Source: Octopus bimaculoides (lineage: Eukaryota). From it: a DNA stretch of 32,997 nt. The DNA lies in contig NC_068984.1 of the NCBI RefSeq assembly GCF_001194135.2, forward strand, positions 76,662,799-76,695,795. Reading direction: 5' to 3'. The notes below the pieces were generated by a model. It was not told the origin of the DNA and did not search any database. It saw only the letters and a program-made list of their open reading frames with translations. Every line of letters begins with the position of its first letter. Position 1 is the first letter of the stretch. Of this stretch, positions 22,934-32,997 are shown one piece after another. A program made the translations under genes and the position numbers.

Positions 22934-23080
22934 AAGGTGCGCGGTTTAGCGGTTACGGTGTTGCACTCACGATCGCTACATCGTGGGTTCGATTCCCGAG
23001 CCACGTGGAGCGTTTTGCTCTTGAGCAAAATACTTCACTTCATGTTGCTTCAGTCTTCACAGTTGTAAATGGGTAACCCT
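22934..23080 (+). mobile_element. SINE family D-like, diverged
   Basis: Head ggtgcgcggtttagcggtta...gggttcgattccc; core ttgctcttgagcaaaatacttcacttcatgttgcttcagtc. Confidence 0.75.
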
Positions 23081-23439
23081 TCAATCTGTAATTATGTAAG
23101 TGAGCTTTCGGTACCTGAAATGAATATTTACCCAGTCAACAAGAATTTCTCTACGTAGTCTTATGAGCGTCTGAAATTAGCCATCAAATCTTCCTCTAAT
23201 CAATTCACACCGCACACCATTATAAAAAGGGATAAAACAAATGACAAAAGACGAACGCTCATGGCCAGACTACCATTGATTAAAGGTTTGCTCGATCACT
23301 CTCACTTGGCATAAGACATCACTAGCAACACATATATATACACATATTTTATAGTTTGTACATTTTATCTCGAATGAATTTCAAATTGGTATGTGTATCT
23401 TTGAATTTATTAAGTAAAAATAGCTTTATAAAAACTTAC

Positions 23440-23596
23440 CATCATTAACTTTGTAAACCAGCGTTCTGCTGCTGGTGTTGTTGCAGGTAAATATGATGAC
23501 TGCCGTCTTATTAATGATTGCAGTTGTCGTATTTTCAATCATGATGTTACATTGTATTGGGGGATAGAAATAGAAGTTAAACTGTTGGATTACATT
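23440..23596 (-). CDS. Exon D (157 nt, phase 0-1): NVIQQFNFYFYPPIQCNIMIENTTTAIINKTAVIIFTCNNTSSRTLVYKVND
   Basis: Acceptor aatattttgCAG, donor ATG|GTAAGT, open frame with several sequons. Confidence 0.88.
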
Positions 23597-23702
23597 CTGC
23601 AAAATATTCTAGAAGTGTAAAAAAGACAGTTACATGAAAGTTGCTGTTCTCGTTTCTGATGGTAATAACGCAATGATAACGATGACAATGATGACAATAA
23701 TA

Positions 23703-24086
23703 ATCCTTTCTACTATAAGTACAAAGCCTGAAATTTTGGGGAAGGAGTTTAGTCGATTACATCGACCTCAGTACGTAACTGGTACTTAATACATCGAAAG
23801 GATGAAAGTTGACCTCGGCGGAATTTGAACTCAAAAAGTAAGGACGGACGAAATACTACGAAGCATTTTGCTCGGCGTGCTAACAATACTTTCTACTAAA
23901 GTAGGGGAGGGGGTGAGTTGATTACATTTCAACCTCAGTGTTTCACTGGTACTTGATTTATCAACTCCGAAAGGATGAAAGGCAAAGCTGACCACGGCAA
24001 AATTTGAACTCAGAACATGAAGACAGACGAGATACTGCTAAGCATTTCACCCTGTGTGGTAATGATTCTGCCAGCTTGCCGCCTTA
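23703..24086 (-). mobile_element. Two tandem SINE family B copies (~23703-23905 and ~23906-24086)
   Basis: Both are homologous to 1749-1987 (gattacatcgacc.cag..g.aactggtactta...ggaatttgaactc...aagcatttc). Confidence 0.85.
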
Positions 24087-24139
24087 ATAACAATAATGAT
24101 GTGGATGATGATGATAAAATTAATAATAATAATAATAAT

Positions 24140-24830
24140 ATCACATTAGATAAAGCAAATGAAATAAGAGAATTAGACCAAAACCAGACATACAAATACT
24201 TAGAAATCAATGAACTAGATACGGTACATTACACACAAGCGAAAAACAAGATAAGAAAGGAATACTACAGACGAGTTAGATTAACATTAAAAACAGAGAT
24301 CAATGCAAAAAACAAGATAATAGGTGCCGATACTCTATCCGTGCCAGTTACAGCTACAATATTCTTAATTGGACCAAACAGGAAAACAAGAAAAATAATG
24401 ACAGAATTTAGGATGCACCACCCAAAATATGACGTAGAAACGGTATATATACCACGTATAGAAGGTGGGAGAAACCTTATACAGCAAGAAAGCTATTATA
24501 CAATAGCCATCATAGGACTCCAGAAATACCTAATTCAGAAGCATAGAATATTTGTACAACTAGCCACAAAACACTAACAGAACCAAGAACTGTTTTAAGT
24601 TTTTAAGGAAGCTGAAAAATATTAAAACGAAGTCATAATACCTAACAACTATGAAGAAAAAGAAGAAACAACGAAAGCTTTACAACAACTGAACTCCAGA
24701 CTGAAACTGAAACAGCAATGTATCATGATAAAACGATGGAAAGAAAAGCCCCTTCATGGTAAATACTGGGTTAAACTAAACAGAAAAGAAATAGACAAAG
24801 CAAAATCCCAACGGTTTATCGTGACACCAT
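24140..24830 (+). mobile_element. R4/Dong-like LINE reverse-transcriptase C-terminal fragment
   Basis: YKYLEI...IRKEYYRRVRLTLKTEINAKNK...RMHHPKYDVETVYIPRIEGGRNL and RWKEKPLHGKY motifs; frameshifts and stops. Confidence 0.85.
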
Positions 24831-24844
24831 TACTGGTCATGCTT

Positions 24845-24913
<69 letters not shown>

Positions 24914-25084
24914 TATGTCTGACTTTTGCTTTGTATTTGTACAAGTTGATTCCAAGAGACCTCAAGAGAAAACAAATTAGACGTTCATGTTGGTGTTATG
25001 CCTAGGGTGTCATATATTTTGGTTTTGTTCTAGAGAATGTTTAATATGTTATTATTATTGTTATTATTATTATTATTATCATTA

Positions 25085-25320
25085 TTTTATTGTCTTTGCA
25101 CAGCTTCTAGCGATGGAGATGTACTATGGTGTCAGCTGTTCACTACCAGTGAACTAAAGTAACACTCCTCATTTTTCGAGCACCATCCGGAGTATTCGAG
25201 CGGTTCCAAGCAGTGCTGTTTTCTGCAGGTGATCCACCCTTATTGTAGCCCCTATTTGTCCCATGTACTTCTCAAGGTTTTTACTCACTGTTCCCAGGGC
25301 TCCAACAATTATTGGTAATA
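25085..25320 (-). mobile_element. RLE-type LINE 3' end (another family)
   Basis: The reverse strand encodes PIIVGALGTVSKNLEKYM...LQKTALLGTARILR; bounded by (ATT)n and (AAC)n tracts. Confidence 0.75.
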
Positions 25321-25406
25321 GTGCAATGGCACTCTTCTTTTAATTTTAACAACAACAACAACAACAACAACAACAATAATAATAATATAATTATTATTAT
25401 TATCAT

Positions 25407-25446
<40 letters not shown>

Positions 25447-25554
25447 ATTATTATTATCATTATTAATATTATCGTTATTATTATAATACGAAAACTCATG
25501 GTTTATTTTGCTAGGTATGATGGAAAGTGTCAGCTGTACACAACCAGCACATTA

Positions 25555-25730
25555 AGGTGACACTTGATTACTGATCATGCTTCAAGAACCCTGCGAAGAA
25601 TTCTTGCAGTTCCAAGCAATGCTGACTTACGTGCACCGATCTTTTTGACTCATGCTGGTTGTTGAGTGCTGATACTTTCAAGTGCACCAGTTACTATTGA
25701 TATCACGTCTCCTCTCTTAATTAACCACAA
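25555..25730 (-). mobile_element. RLE-type LINE 3' end, same family as 15330-15960
   Basis: Near-identical block ctgatcatgcttcaagaaccctgcgaagaattcttgcagttccaagcaatgctg in both copies. Confidence 0.85.
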
Positions 25731-25820
25731 TTTCCCACTTAAATATTTCCCACTTAAATATTTCCCACTTAAATATTTCCCACTTAAATATTTCCCACTT
25801 AAATATTTCCCACTTTAAAT
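25730..25820 (+). repeat. 15-bp minisatellite (ATTTCCCACTTAAAT) x6
   Basis: Tandem copies read directly; the last has one extra T. Confidence 0.95.
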
Positions 25821-26010
25821 ATTGTCACTGTAGGATGGAAGGAAGGTTGTGTATGAACAGACAGTGATATCAACAATTACTAGTGACAGAATTGTAAAAG
25901 AATATAGACCTTGAAAGGTATTGCATTACAAGTTTTATATAAGGATTGTCGGGTCTTGCATTACCGTTAATACATCTATTTTAGTATATTACATGTAAAA
26001 CTACATGCTA

Positions 26011-26044
<34 letters not shown>

Positions 26045-26546
26045 CACAACTCAAGCAAAACCATATAACATAAATTTAAACTTTTATTCATTATTCTTAT
26101 TTGTCAACTCTCTTTACATATTTCTAAAAGGTCCAGAAACAAACATCTTTGGCAATCAAAGTCAGTTCTGTTTTCTTCAATATTTGTACATGAATATTTG
26201 TACATGAATATTTACATTCTTTTACAATTCTGCCATATGTAATCGCTGAACTGATAGTTTGCTTATAAAAAAAACAAAAAACAAAAAAAAAACTGTTCCA
26301 TTCGTTAGTGATGACTTTTAAGTTGACGATAACGAAACCGAAACGGATGGCGAGAAATTTGAGGCTGATGAAGATGTATCCGAGGTTGCGCTGATGAAAT
26401 TGAAGTTGGCATTATCGAATCTGAAGTGATAAACCATATGCATGCATGCATACATGAATACATACATACATACATACATACATACATACATGCATGCATA
26501 CATACATACATACATACATACATACATGCATGCATGCATGCATACA

Positions 26547-26579
<33 letters not shown>

Positions 26580-26618
26580 GTACACTCACACACACATGCA
26601 CATATATATGTATATATA

Positions 26619-26781
26619 GGCGCATGCATAGCCGTTTGGTAAGACGCTTGCTTCCCAATTACCCGGCTCCGGGTTCAGTCCCATTGTATGGCACCTTGGG
26701 CAAGTGTCTTCTACTATAGTTTTGAGCCTTACAAAGCTTTGTGAGTGGATTTTGTGAACGGAAACTCAATGTAGTCTCTCG

Positions 26782-26836
<55 letters not shown>

Positions 26837-26843
26837 GCGCGCG

Positions 26844-26890
<47 letters not shown>

Positions 26891-26985
26891 GCACGCACAC
26901 ACATGCACATATAAATGTGCGTGTGTGCGTGTCTTGGTGTCTGTGTTTGTTCTCCACTATCGCTTGACAACCGGAGCATGTGTAT
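26619..26985 (+). mobile_element. SINE family C with internal (CA)n microsatellite, 3'-truncated
   Basis: Head ggcgcatgcatagccgtttggtaag...ccgggttcagtccc...ggcaccttgggcaagtgtcttctactatag; homologous to 31497-32006. Confidence 0.85.
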
Positions 26986-26994
26986 ATTACTTAC

Positions 26995-27110
26995 TTTCAA
27001 ATAACCGACTATCGTCATTTCTGGTAAATCTGTGAGGACGGTCTTTAGAATATAAGTAATGTTTTCAAACTGACTAATTCTAATCCAAGTTTCATCATTC
27101 GGATTATCCA
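26995..27110 (-). CDS. Exon C3 (116 nt, phase 1-0): xDNPNDETWIRISQFENITYILKTVLTDLPEMTIVGYLK
   Basis: Acceptor tttttaatctcattttCAG, donor AAA|GTAAGT; N-terminal part of ORF-track 26659..27111. Confidence 0.88.
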
Positions 27111-27296
27111 CTGAAAATGAGATTAAAAAGAAATAAACTGAAAGAAAACAAAGACATGGTTGGGAAATAACTTCAATTAGAAAGCATGAGAAACTGAAAC
27201 CAGCTGGAGATTTCTGAGCAGGTGATAAAAAATCATAGTAAATATTCTCTAGTATTAAGATTTAAATATCTTTCCATCAGCACTCATTGCATTTAC

Positions 27297-27337
27297 CCAA
27301 ATCCTTTTCAGAGGAGCATACGTAGTCGCTTGATTTG
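27297..27337 (-). CDS. Candidate exon C2 (41 nt, phase 2-1): (N)KSSDYVCSSEKDL
   Basis: Strong acceptor ctattttttAG and donor TGG|GTAAAT; lies 186 nt from exon C3; the phase-2 frame ends in phase 1 as C3 requires. Confidence 0.55.
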
Positions 27338-27378
27338 CTAAAAAATAGCATGAAATTTCCCTTTAAATCATATGCTGC

Positions 27379-27445
<67 letters not shown>

Positions 27446-27505
27446 CCCCTTTCTCTCTCTCTCTTTCCTTCTTTCTTTATATATATACATACATACATAC
27501 ATACA

Positions 27506-27554
<49 letters not shown>

Positions 27555-28084
27555 NNNNNNNNNNNNNNNNNNNNNNNNNNNNNNNNNNNNNNNNNNNNNN
27601 NNNNNNNNNNNNNNNNNNNNNNNNNNNNNNNNNNNNNNNNNNNNNNNNNNNNNNNNNNNNNNNNNNNNNNNNNNNNNNNNNNNNNNNNNNNNNNNNNNNN
27701 NNNNNNNNNNNNNNNNNNNNNNNNNNNNNNNNNNNNNNNNNNNNNNNNNNNNNNNNNNNATTAGCGACGGAAGCAGATCCAACTCAACGTGGATGTTTTT
27801 TAGAAAACCAAATACTGCGTTATTTGCTTTAAGAGATCTTGTCATATAGGTGCCTGGTGCATAAAAGGACACACATAGATCGCAGCAGACGAGATTCGTC
27901 CGTCATCGCCGTTGTGATTCTCATATCATGTTATTTCAGTCAACTGGAAATCATCAGTGGAGAGCGTCCGGTCACCGCATGCCAGTCAAACCTCGATGTT
28001 ATGATATACAGATATGTCGTAAATAACCATCAGGATAATTAAACTTTAATCATTTATCGGATGTAGCTGTACATCGTTAACCAG

Positions 28085-29262
28085 CTAGGTTGATTTCAGC
28101 AAGGCATTTGACAGAGTAGACCACAAAATCCTGCTGAAGAAACTGTCCAACATTGGAGTCCGTGGAAAGCTGCGGCAGTGGATAAAGTGTTTCCTGACAA
28201 ACAGCACCCAACATGTGTTTGAGGGTATACGATCAAGCTCAGCCAAAGTCTGTAGTAGTGTCCCACAAGGTACTTTGTTGGGCCCACTCCTCTTCATTAT
28301 TTACATCAACGACTTAGTAGATGTCATCAAACATTCTACATTGAAAATCTTTGCAGATGATTCTAAACTCCAGAAAGCCCTAAACGGCATAAGAGACCGA
28401 ACATGCCTTCAGTCAGATCTGTGTGCTATTGTCCAATGGGCTGAAAAAAACAATATGCTTTTAAATGAAGATAAGTTTGATTTGATCCACTTTGGGAAAG
28501 AGGCAACTCTGAAACTATGATATGCTCTTCCCTCAGGCGACTCCCTAATGTCATCCAACAACACCAGAGATGTTGGAGTAATCGTTGATAAAAATCTAAG
28601 CTGGAGTTCCCACGTAAACAGCAAGGTTGTCTTGGCCCGCAAGATGTGCTCCTTGATTCTGAGAACTTTCTGGTCTAGAGATGCCTACACTATCGTCCTT
28701 CTCTACTCCATTTTTGCCCAGTGTGGTACCCCCCCCCCATACGAAGCAACTCATTATGAAAGCAGAAGCACTACAGCGGTCCATAACAAGAAAGATAGAC
28801 AGTATGAGAGGCATTGATTATTGGTGTCGACTAAAAAAAAACTCAATCTGTACTCTCTCCAATGCCGCCGGGAGCGCTACATGAAATGATGTTGGCATCA
28901 CTTTTAAAATCCATCTATGACTTGGTCCCCGTGCTATCCGCCCACTACAAAAATCGAACTCGGTACACATAGCAACATACGTCACAATTACTTTACCTCA
29001 ACCAATCCAGCTGTCTTTAATACCATACCAAAATAGATCAAAACGGAAACGGATCCCATAAAATTCAAATGTTCACTGGACAAATTTCTTCAAAAAATCT
29101 CGGACCAACCTCCTACACCCGGATATATCTTCAACAATAATAACTCTTTGCTAGAGTGGGCCATGGTGTCCCATATATGACTAAAAAACTTCACCAGATG
29201 GTGCTATTGAGTTAGACATGGCCTGGGCCTATTCTGGCCGAAACCTATCAAAGTTATCAAAG
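28085..29262 (+). mobile_element. CR1/L2-group LINE 3' part (reverse transcriptase pseudogene)
   Basis: DFSKAFDRVDH.ILLKKL, VPQGTLLGPLLFIIYINDL, FADDSKL and RDVGVIVDKNLSWSSHV motifs over frameshifts; short tandem tail tatcaaagttatcaaagtta. Confidence 0.9.
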
Positions 29263-29275
29263 TTATATATATAAA

Positions 29276-30542
29276 TTAGGTTGGCAACTAAGTTCCCGCC
29301 GTTTGTTTTTTAAATTTTGGAATTTATTGCGTTTTTAAATTTTGGAATCGATTTTTTTCGAGAATTCTATTTTTGAATCATTTTGGAATCTATTTTGCTT
29401 TTTTTTTTCTTGTTAATTTTAGTTAAGTTTTGTTTATTTTCAGATCATTAAAATGGAAAGTCAAGTTAAGAAAAACGAGCATTTTCGATACCTCCTTTTT
29501 GCTTTTAATCAAGGTTCTAAGGCCACAGAAGCTACTCCCGACAATTGTACGGTGTATGGAGAGGGTGCGAGAGCTCAAAGAACCGTTCGTGATTGGTATG
29601 CCAAGTTCAAAAGCGGAAATTTTGACCTCAAAGACGCACCTCGTTCTGGCCGTCCAGTTGAGTTCGATGAAGAGCGATTAAACCAACTTTTGCACGAAAA
29701 TTCTCGTCAAACGACAAGGGAAATGGTAGAGAAAACGGAATACTCCCACACTTCTATAGGAAGGTTCAGAAGTATGGAGCATGGGTTCTGCATGCTTTAA
29801 GTGACAACAACAAAAATCAACGAGCTACAATCTCCGCTGGTTTGCTTGCTCGTCACCACTCAACTCATGGACACAAGCAACAATTTCTTTACCGAATCGT
29901 TACTGGCGACAAAAAATGGTGCCTGTACATCAATATGAAGCAGCGTAAGGAATGACTTAGTCCCGGTAAACAAGCAACACCGCGCGCGAAACAAGATCTT
30001 CATCTGCGTAAAATGATGTTATGCGTATGGTGGGACTGGGAAGGGATTACCCATTTGAATTGCTTGAACGGAACCAAACGGTCAACGTGGAACTCTGTGT
30101 TCAACAGATGGAACGACTCAACACGGCTATTCAAGAGAAAAGACCTAAGGGCAGCATGAATTCTTCTGCTGCACGACAACGCCCGCCCTCATATCACCAA
30201 TATGACAAAAGAAGCCATTCAAACTCATAGCTGGGAAGTGCTGCCACACTCGCTGTACTCTCCTGATTTGGCACCAACGGATTTCCACCTCTTTCGATCT
30301 CTTTCAAATGCTCTGCGCGGAGTTTCGTTCAATACTGATGCAGAATTGAGAGCTTAGTTGGATCAATTTTTCGAATCGACATCGGGTGATTTCTACCAAC
30401 GAAGTATTGAAGATCTTGTTGAACGGTGGGAAGAAGTTATAAGCAACAAGGGTGAATACATTATTGATTAATTAGTTGTTATTTTTTATTAAACCTTTTA
30501 AAAAAATTTTAATTAAAAAACAGCGGGAATTTAGTTGCCAAC
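29276..30542 (+). mobile_element. Mariner (DD34D) DNA transposon, near full length, decayed
   Basis: TIRs ttaggttggcaactaagttcccgcc... and ...gcgggaatttagttgccaac; transposase remnants lie between them. Confidence 0.92.
29453..30471 (+). pseudogene. Mariner transposase pseudogene
   Basis: HTH (FKSGNFDLKDAPRSGRP), WVLH, TGDKKW, HDNARPH and YSPDLAPTDF with 34 residues between the last two Asp; a deletion, frameshifts and in-frame stops. Confidence 0.92.
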
Positions 30543-30713
30543 ATATTTGCATATGTATGTATCTGTGTACATGTGTGTGTGTGCCTCTGTTAGAATACAA
30601 CTTTTCGCTTAGCAGTATTTGATTAAACCAAGTGGCCCAATCGTGTATATTCTAATTGCACATTTATTTAGGAAATATGCAATGGAAAATTATTTGACGT
30701 TCTTTTTAGTTAC

Positions 30714-30780
30714 TTAACCTTTTCTGAATGGAGGTGTTTTAGTAAGGTAAAGTTTGATGTGTTCTCGAGCGAGTGATGAC
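30714..30780 (-). CDS. Candidate exon C (67 nt, phase 1-2): (R)HHSLENTSNFTLLKHLHSEKV
   Basis: Acceptor gattgTAG, donor TAA|GTAACT (alternative phase-0 donor GTTAAG after 30719). It bridges exon B to the 41-nt exon in frame and has two sequons. Splice sites are only moderate, and B can also join exon C3 directly. Confidence 0.45.
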
Positions 30781-31205
30781 CTACAATCGTTTCAAAGCAT
30801 CAAAAATTACACATGTAGCTTGAATAGAAAGGCATAAATAAGATGTGAGCTGCCTTTATGAAGAACGAAGCAATATATCAATTTCATTGCAAAAGACATA
30901 GACTATAAATTGCAATGGAATGAATTTGAACGCTCGAGTTGCTGATTGAGCAAATCTCTGAGCGAACGAGTTCTAGCTAGGGCTGCCTTGTTCTTAATTA
31001 CATTACTGAATAACTCATTTTATTTTCTGAAGATGATAGGATTACAATATAAGGAGAATTAGCCGCTTTCCCAGCAGGTTGAATAAAGCAGATATTTACA
31101 CATATGGTCAATGAATTTGGTTTGAAAACTAAATCATTAAATTCTTCAAACCTAAATATATCAAAGAAATCAAAAACATTCTTGTCTGCTTTTGTTTTTA
31201 CTTAC

Positions 31206-31338
31206 GAACAATATAACTTGGAAGAATCCCTAGTGCTAATGTTTTGAAATCGGCGGGAATAGCTTGAGTTGCAGCTTGAGCTTTAATGAGCTTTGAAAAC
31301 TGTTCAGTCGTAACAAAATCTTGTTGCTTTAAGCTGAC
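31206..31338 (-). CDS. Exon B (133 nt, phase 0-1): VSLKQQDFVTTEQFSKLIKAQAATQAIPADFKTLALGILPSYIV
   Basis: Acceptor ttttttaaagttcCAG, donor TTC|GTAAGT. Only the phase-0 frame is open, and it matches the exon A end. Confidence 0.85.
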
Positions 31339-31496
31339 CTGGAACTTTAAAAAAATAAATAAGAAACGCAGAAAATAAATAAATAAGAAACAATTGCGAA
31401 CTCTTACAAACGTGTACTCGCTCGCGCGCGCGCCCGTGCTCGCACGAACAGGCACGCGCGCGCGCGCACACACACGCGCACACACGCACGCATATG

Positions 31497-32006
31497 ATTA
31501 CTCTTTACTCTTTTACTCTTTTACTCTTTTACTTGTTTCAGTCATTTGACTGCGGCCATGCTGGAGCACCGCCTTTGGTCGAGCATATCGACCCCAGGAC
31601 TTATTCTTTGTAAGCCTAGTACTTATTTCTATCGGTCTCTTTTTCCGGACCGCTAAGTTACGGGGACGTAAACACACCAGCATCGGTTGTCAAGCAATGC
31701 TAGGGGGACAAACACAGACGCACAAACACACACACATACATACTCTCTCTCTTTCCTTTCCCGAGCGTCTAATAACACTATCCGTATCACGTCCTCACTT
31801 TGTTGTTTTTTTGTCTTTTTTTGAACCTATATATACATATATATGACGGGTTTCTTTCAGTTTCCGTCTACCAAATTCACTCACAAGGCTTTGGTCGGCC
31901 CGAGGCTATAGTAGAAGACACTTGCCCAAGGTGCCATGCAGTGGGACTGAACCTGGAACCATGTGGTTAGTAAACAAGCTACTTACCACGCAGCCACTCC
32001 TGCGCC
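31497..32006 (-). mobile_element. SINE family C, full length, with internal microsatellite segment and (TAAAAGAG)n tail
   Basis: The reverse strand reads ggcgcaggagtggctgcgtggtaagtagcttg...gccgcagtcaaatgactgaaacaagtaaaagagtaaaagag. Confidence 0.88.
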
Positions 32007-32635
32007 TATATATATACGAAATATAAGTGAATGTTTGATCCTTTCATTTATATCCTCTGAAATCGTTCTATAAAGAAGCTAGTTTCTAACAAGCAAAAAT
32101 AAACCTTTATTTCTGAAATTTAGACAACTACAATAATAACAGTAAAGTGTTATATTTGCAATTTTAAACTTGCATAGTCTTATTTTTAACTTACAAGTTA
32201 TATTAACAGACTACATGTTAGATATTTTTCTTAACCTAAAATTTCCAGTTTTTCCACTAAAGATTCAGTAACGTAGTTAAATGTGATAATGGTTATTGGT
32301 AAAAATATAAATTCATAAATTGCATAGAAGGAACTCTAGATTACGAAGCAGTTATTGATTAATATTTTCTGAATTTGAATAAAATGTTTTGAATTTGAAT
32401 AACACATCCATATGGAAAAGAATCTTAAGAAGCGGAACTCGTATACTTTTTACAGAATTATGTGAAATTTTTTCACATTACACTGTTTCTCTCTCATATG
32501 ATCTTTCTTAATCTTTTTCTCTTTTCTTCCAGTACTTTGACTTTTCTTAGTCTATTTCTTTCTTTCTTTCTTTCTTACTTTCTTCACTAACCCATTCACT
32601 CTTTCGTTATCGTCTCAAAAACAAAATCTACATAC

Positions 32636-32820
32636 CAACTGATGCAGTGCAGGTCCACCTTTGTAACAATACGTACAAACACAGTTTTTGCAATTCATTT
32701 TGTAGAAATCTGTGTATACATTCCATGGTTTTGCTAAAGAACATTGACTGGATGAGCATGTGATATTTACATCTACGCAGTTGATACTTCTGGGAGTAGT
32801 ATGTCCCACACAACACGTTG
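32636..32820 (-). CDS. Exon A (185 nt, phase 1-0), Cys-rich: xTCCVGHTTPRSINCVDVNITCSSSQCSLAKPWNVYTDFYKMNCKNCVCTYCYKGGPALHQL
   Basis: Acceptor tcttatttttcaacAG, donor TTG|GTATGT, open frame with 10 Cys; overlaps ORF-track 32615..32809. Confidence 0.85.
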
Positions 32821-32966
32821 CTGTTGAAAAATAAGATATAACAACAAAAACCTATTCAAAATTCATATTGTTTTAATGATTTATGAACCAGAATCTTAAT
32901 TTCTATGTTTAAGTTCTTACAAACAAACATGCAGATACACACTATACACACACACATGCATACCTA

Positions 32967-32997
<31 letters not shown>

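Noticed and set aside
29453-30471. Domesticated SETMAR-like transposase gene
   Set aside because: It has multiple stops and frameshifts, retains its TIRs, lies antisense within an intron, and no SET exon is nearby.
31010-31151. Exon beginning at the TAG acceptor at 31152 (FEEFNDL...)
   Set aside because: It needs a phase-2 start but exon B ends in phase 1, and the intron would be only 54 nt; only the downstream acceptor option was kept as a possibility.

Overview
This is AT-rich eukaryotic (animal) genomic DNA with eight N-gaps (~2.9 kb in total), dense microsatellites and many transposon remnants. The tRNA-headed SINE families and microsatellite style look like an Octopus (coleoid cephalopod) genome; that is recognition from memory, not a database result. 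There are no prokaryotic features (operons, CRISPR, rRNA or real tRNA). Reading the minus strand by hand gave a phase-consistent chain of up to 11 coding exons (32820 to ~221) of one gene whose 5' end lies outside the window. It encodes a cysteine-rich, N-glycosylation-rich extracellular protein with a degenerate cadherin-like beta domain followed by C2-type Ig-like domains. I do not recognise the gene. The introns hold SINEs of about four families, fragments of RLE-type (R4/Dong-like), RTE and CR1/L2-like LINEs, Penelope-like ends with hammerhead-ribozyme cores, a decayed DD34D mariner, and two adjacent fold-back elements with 8-bp TSDs, one carrying head-to-head telomere-like repeats. The most interesting features are fold-back structures. 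One 20-bp hairpin buries the 3' splice site of a candidate cassette exon and places an A-C mismatch on an Asn codon, a testable A-to-I recoding/splicing hypothesis. There is also a pre-miRNA-like hairpin and several long intronic inverted repeats on both sides of that exon.
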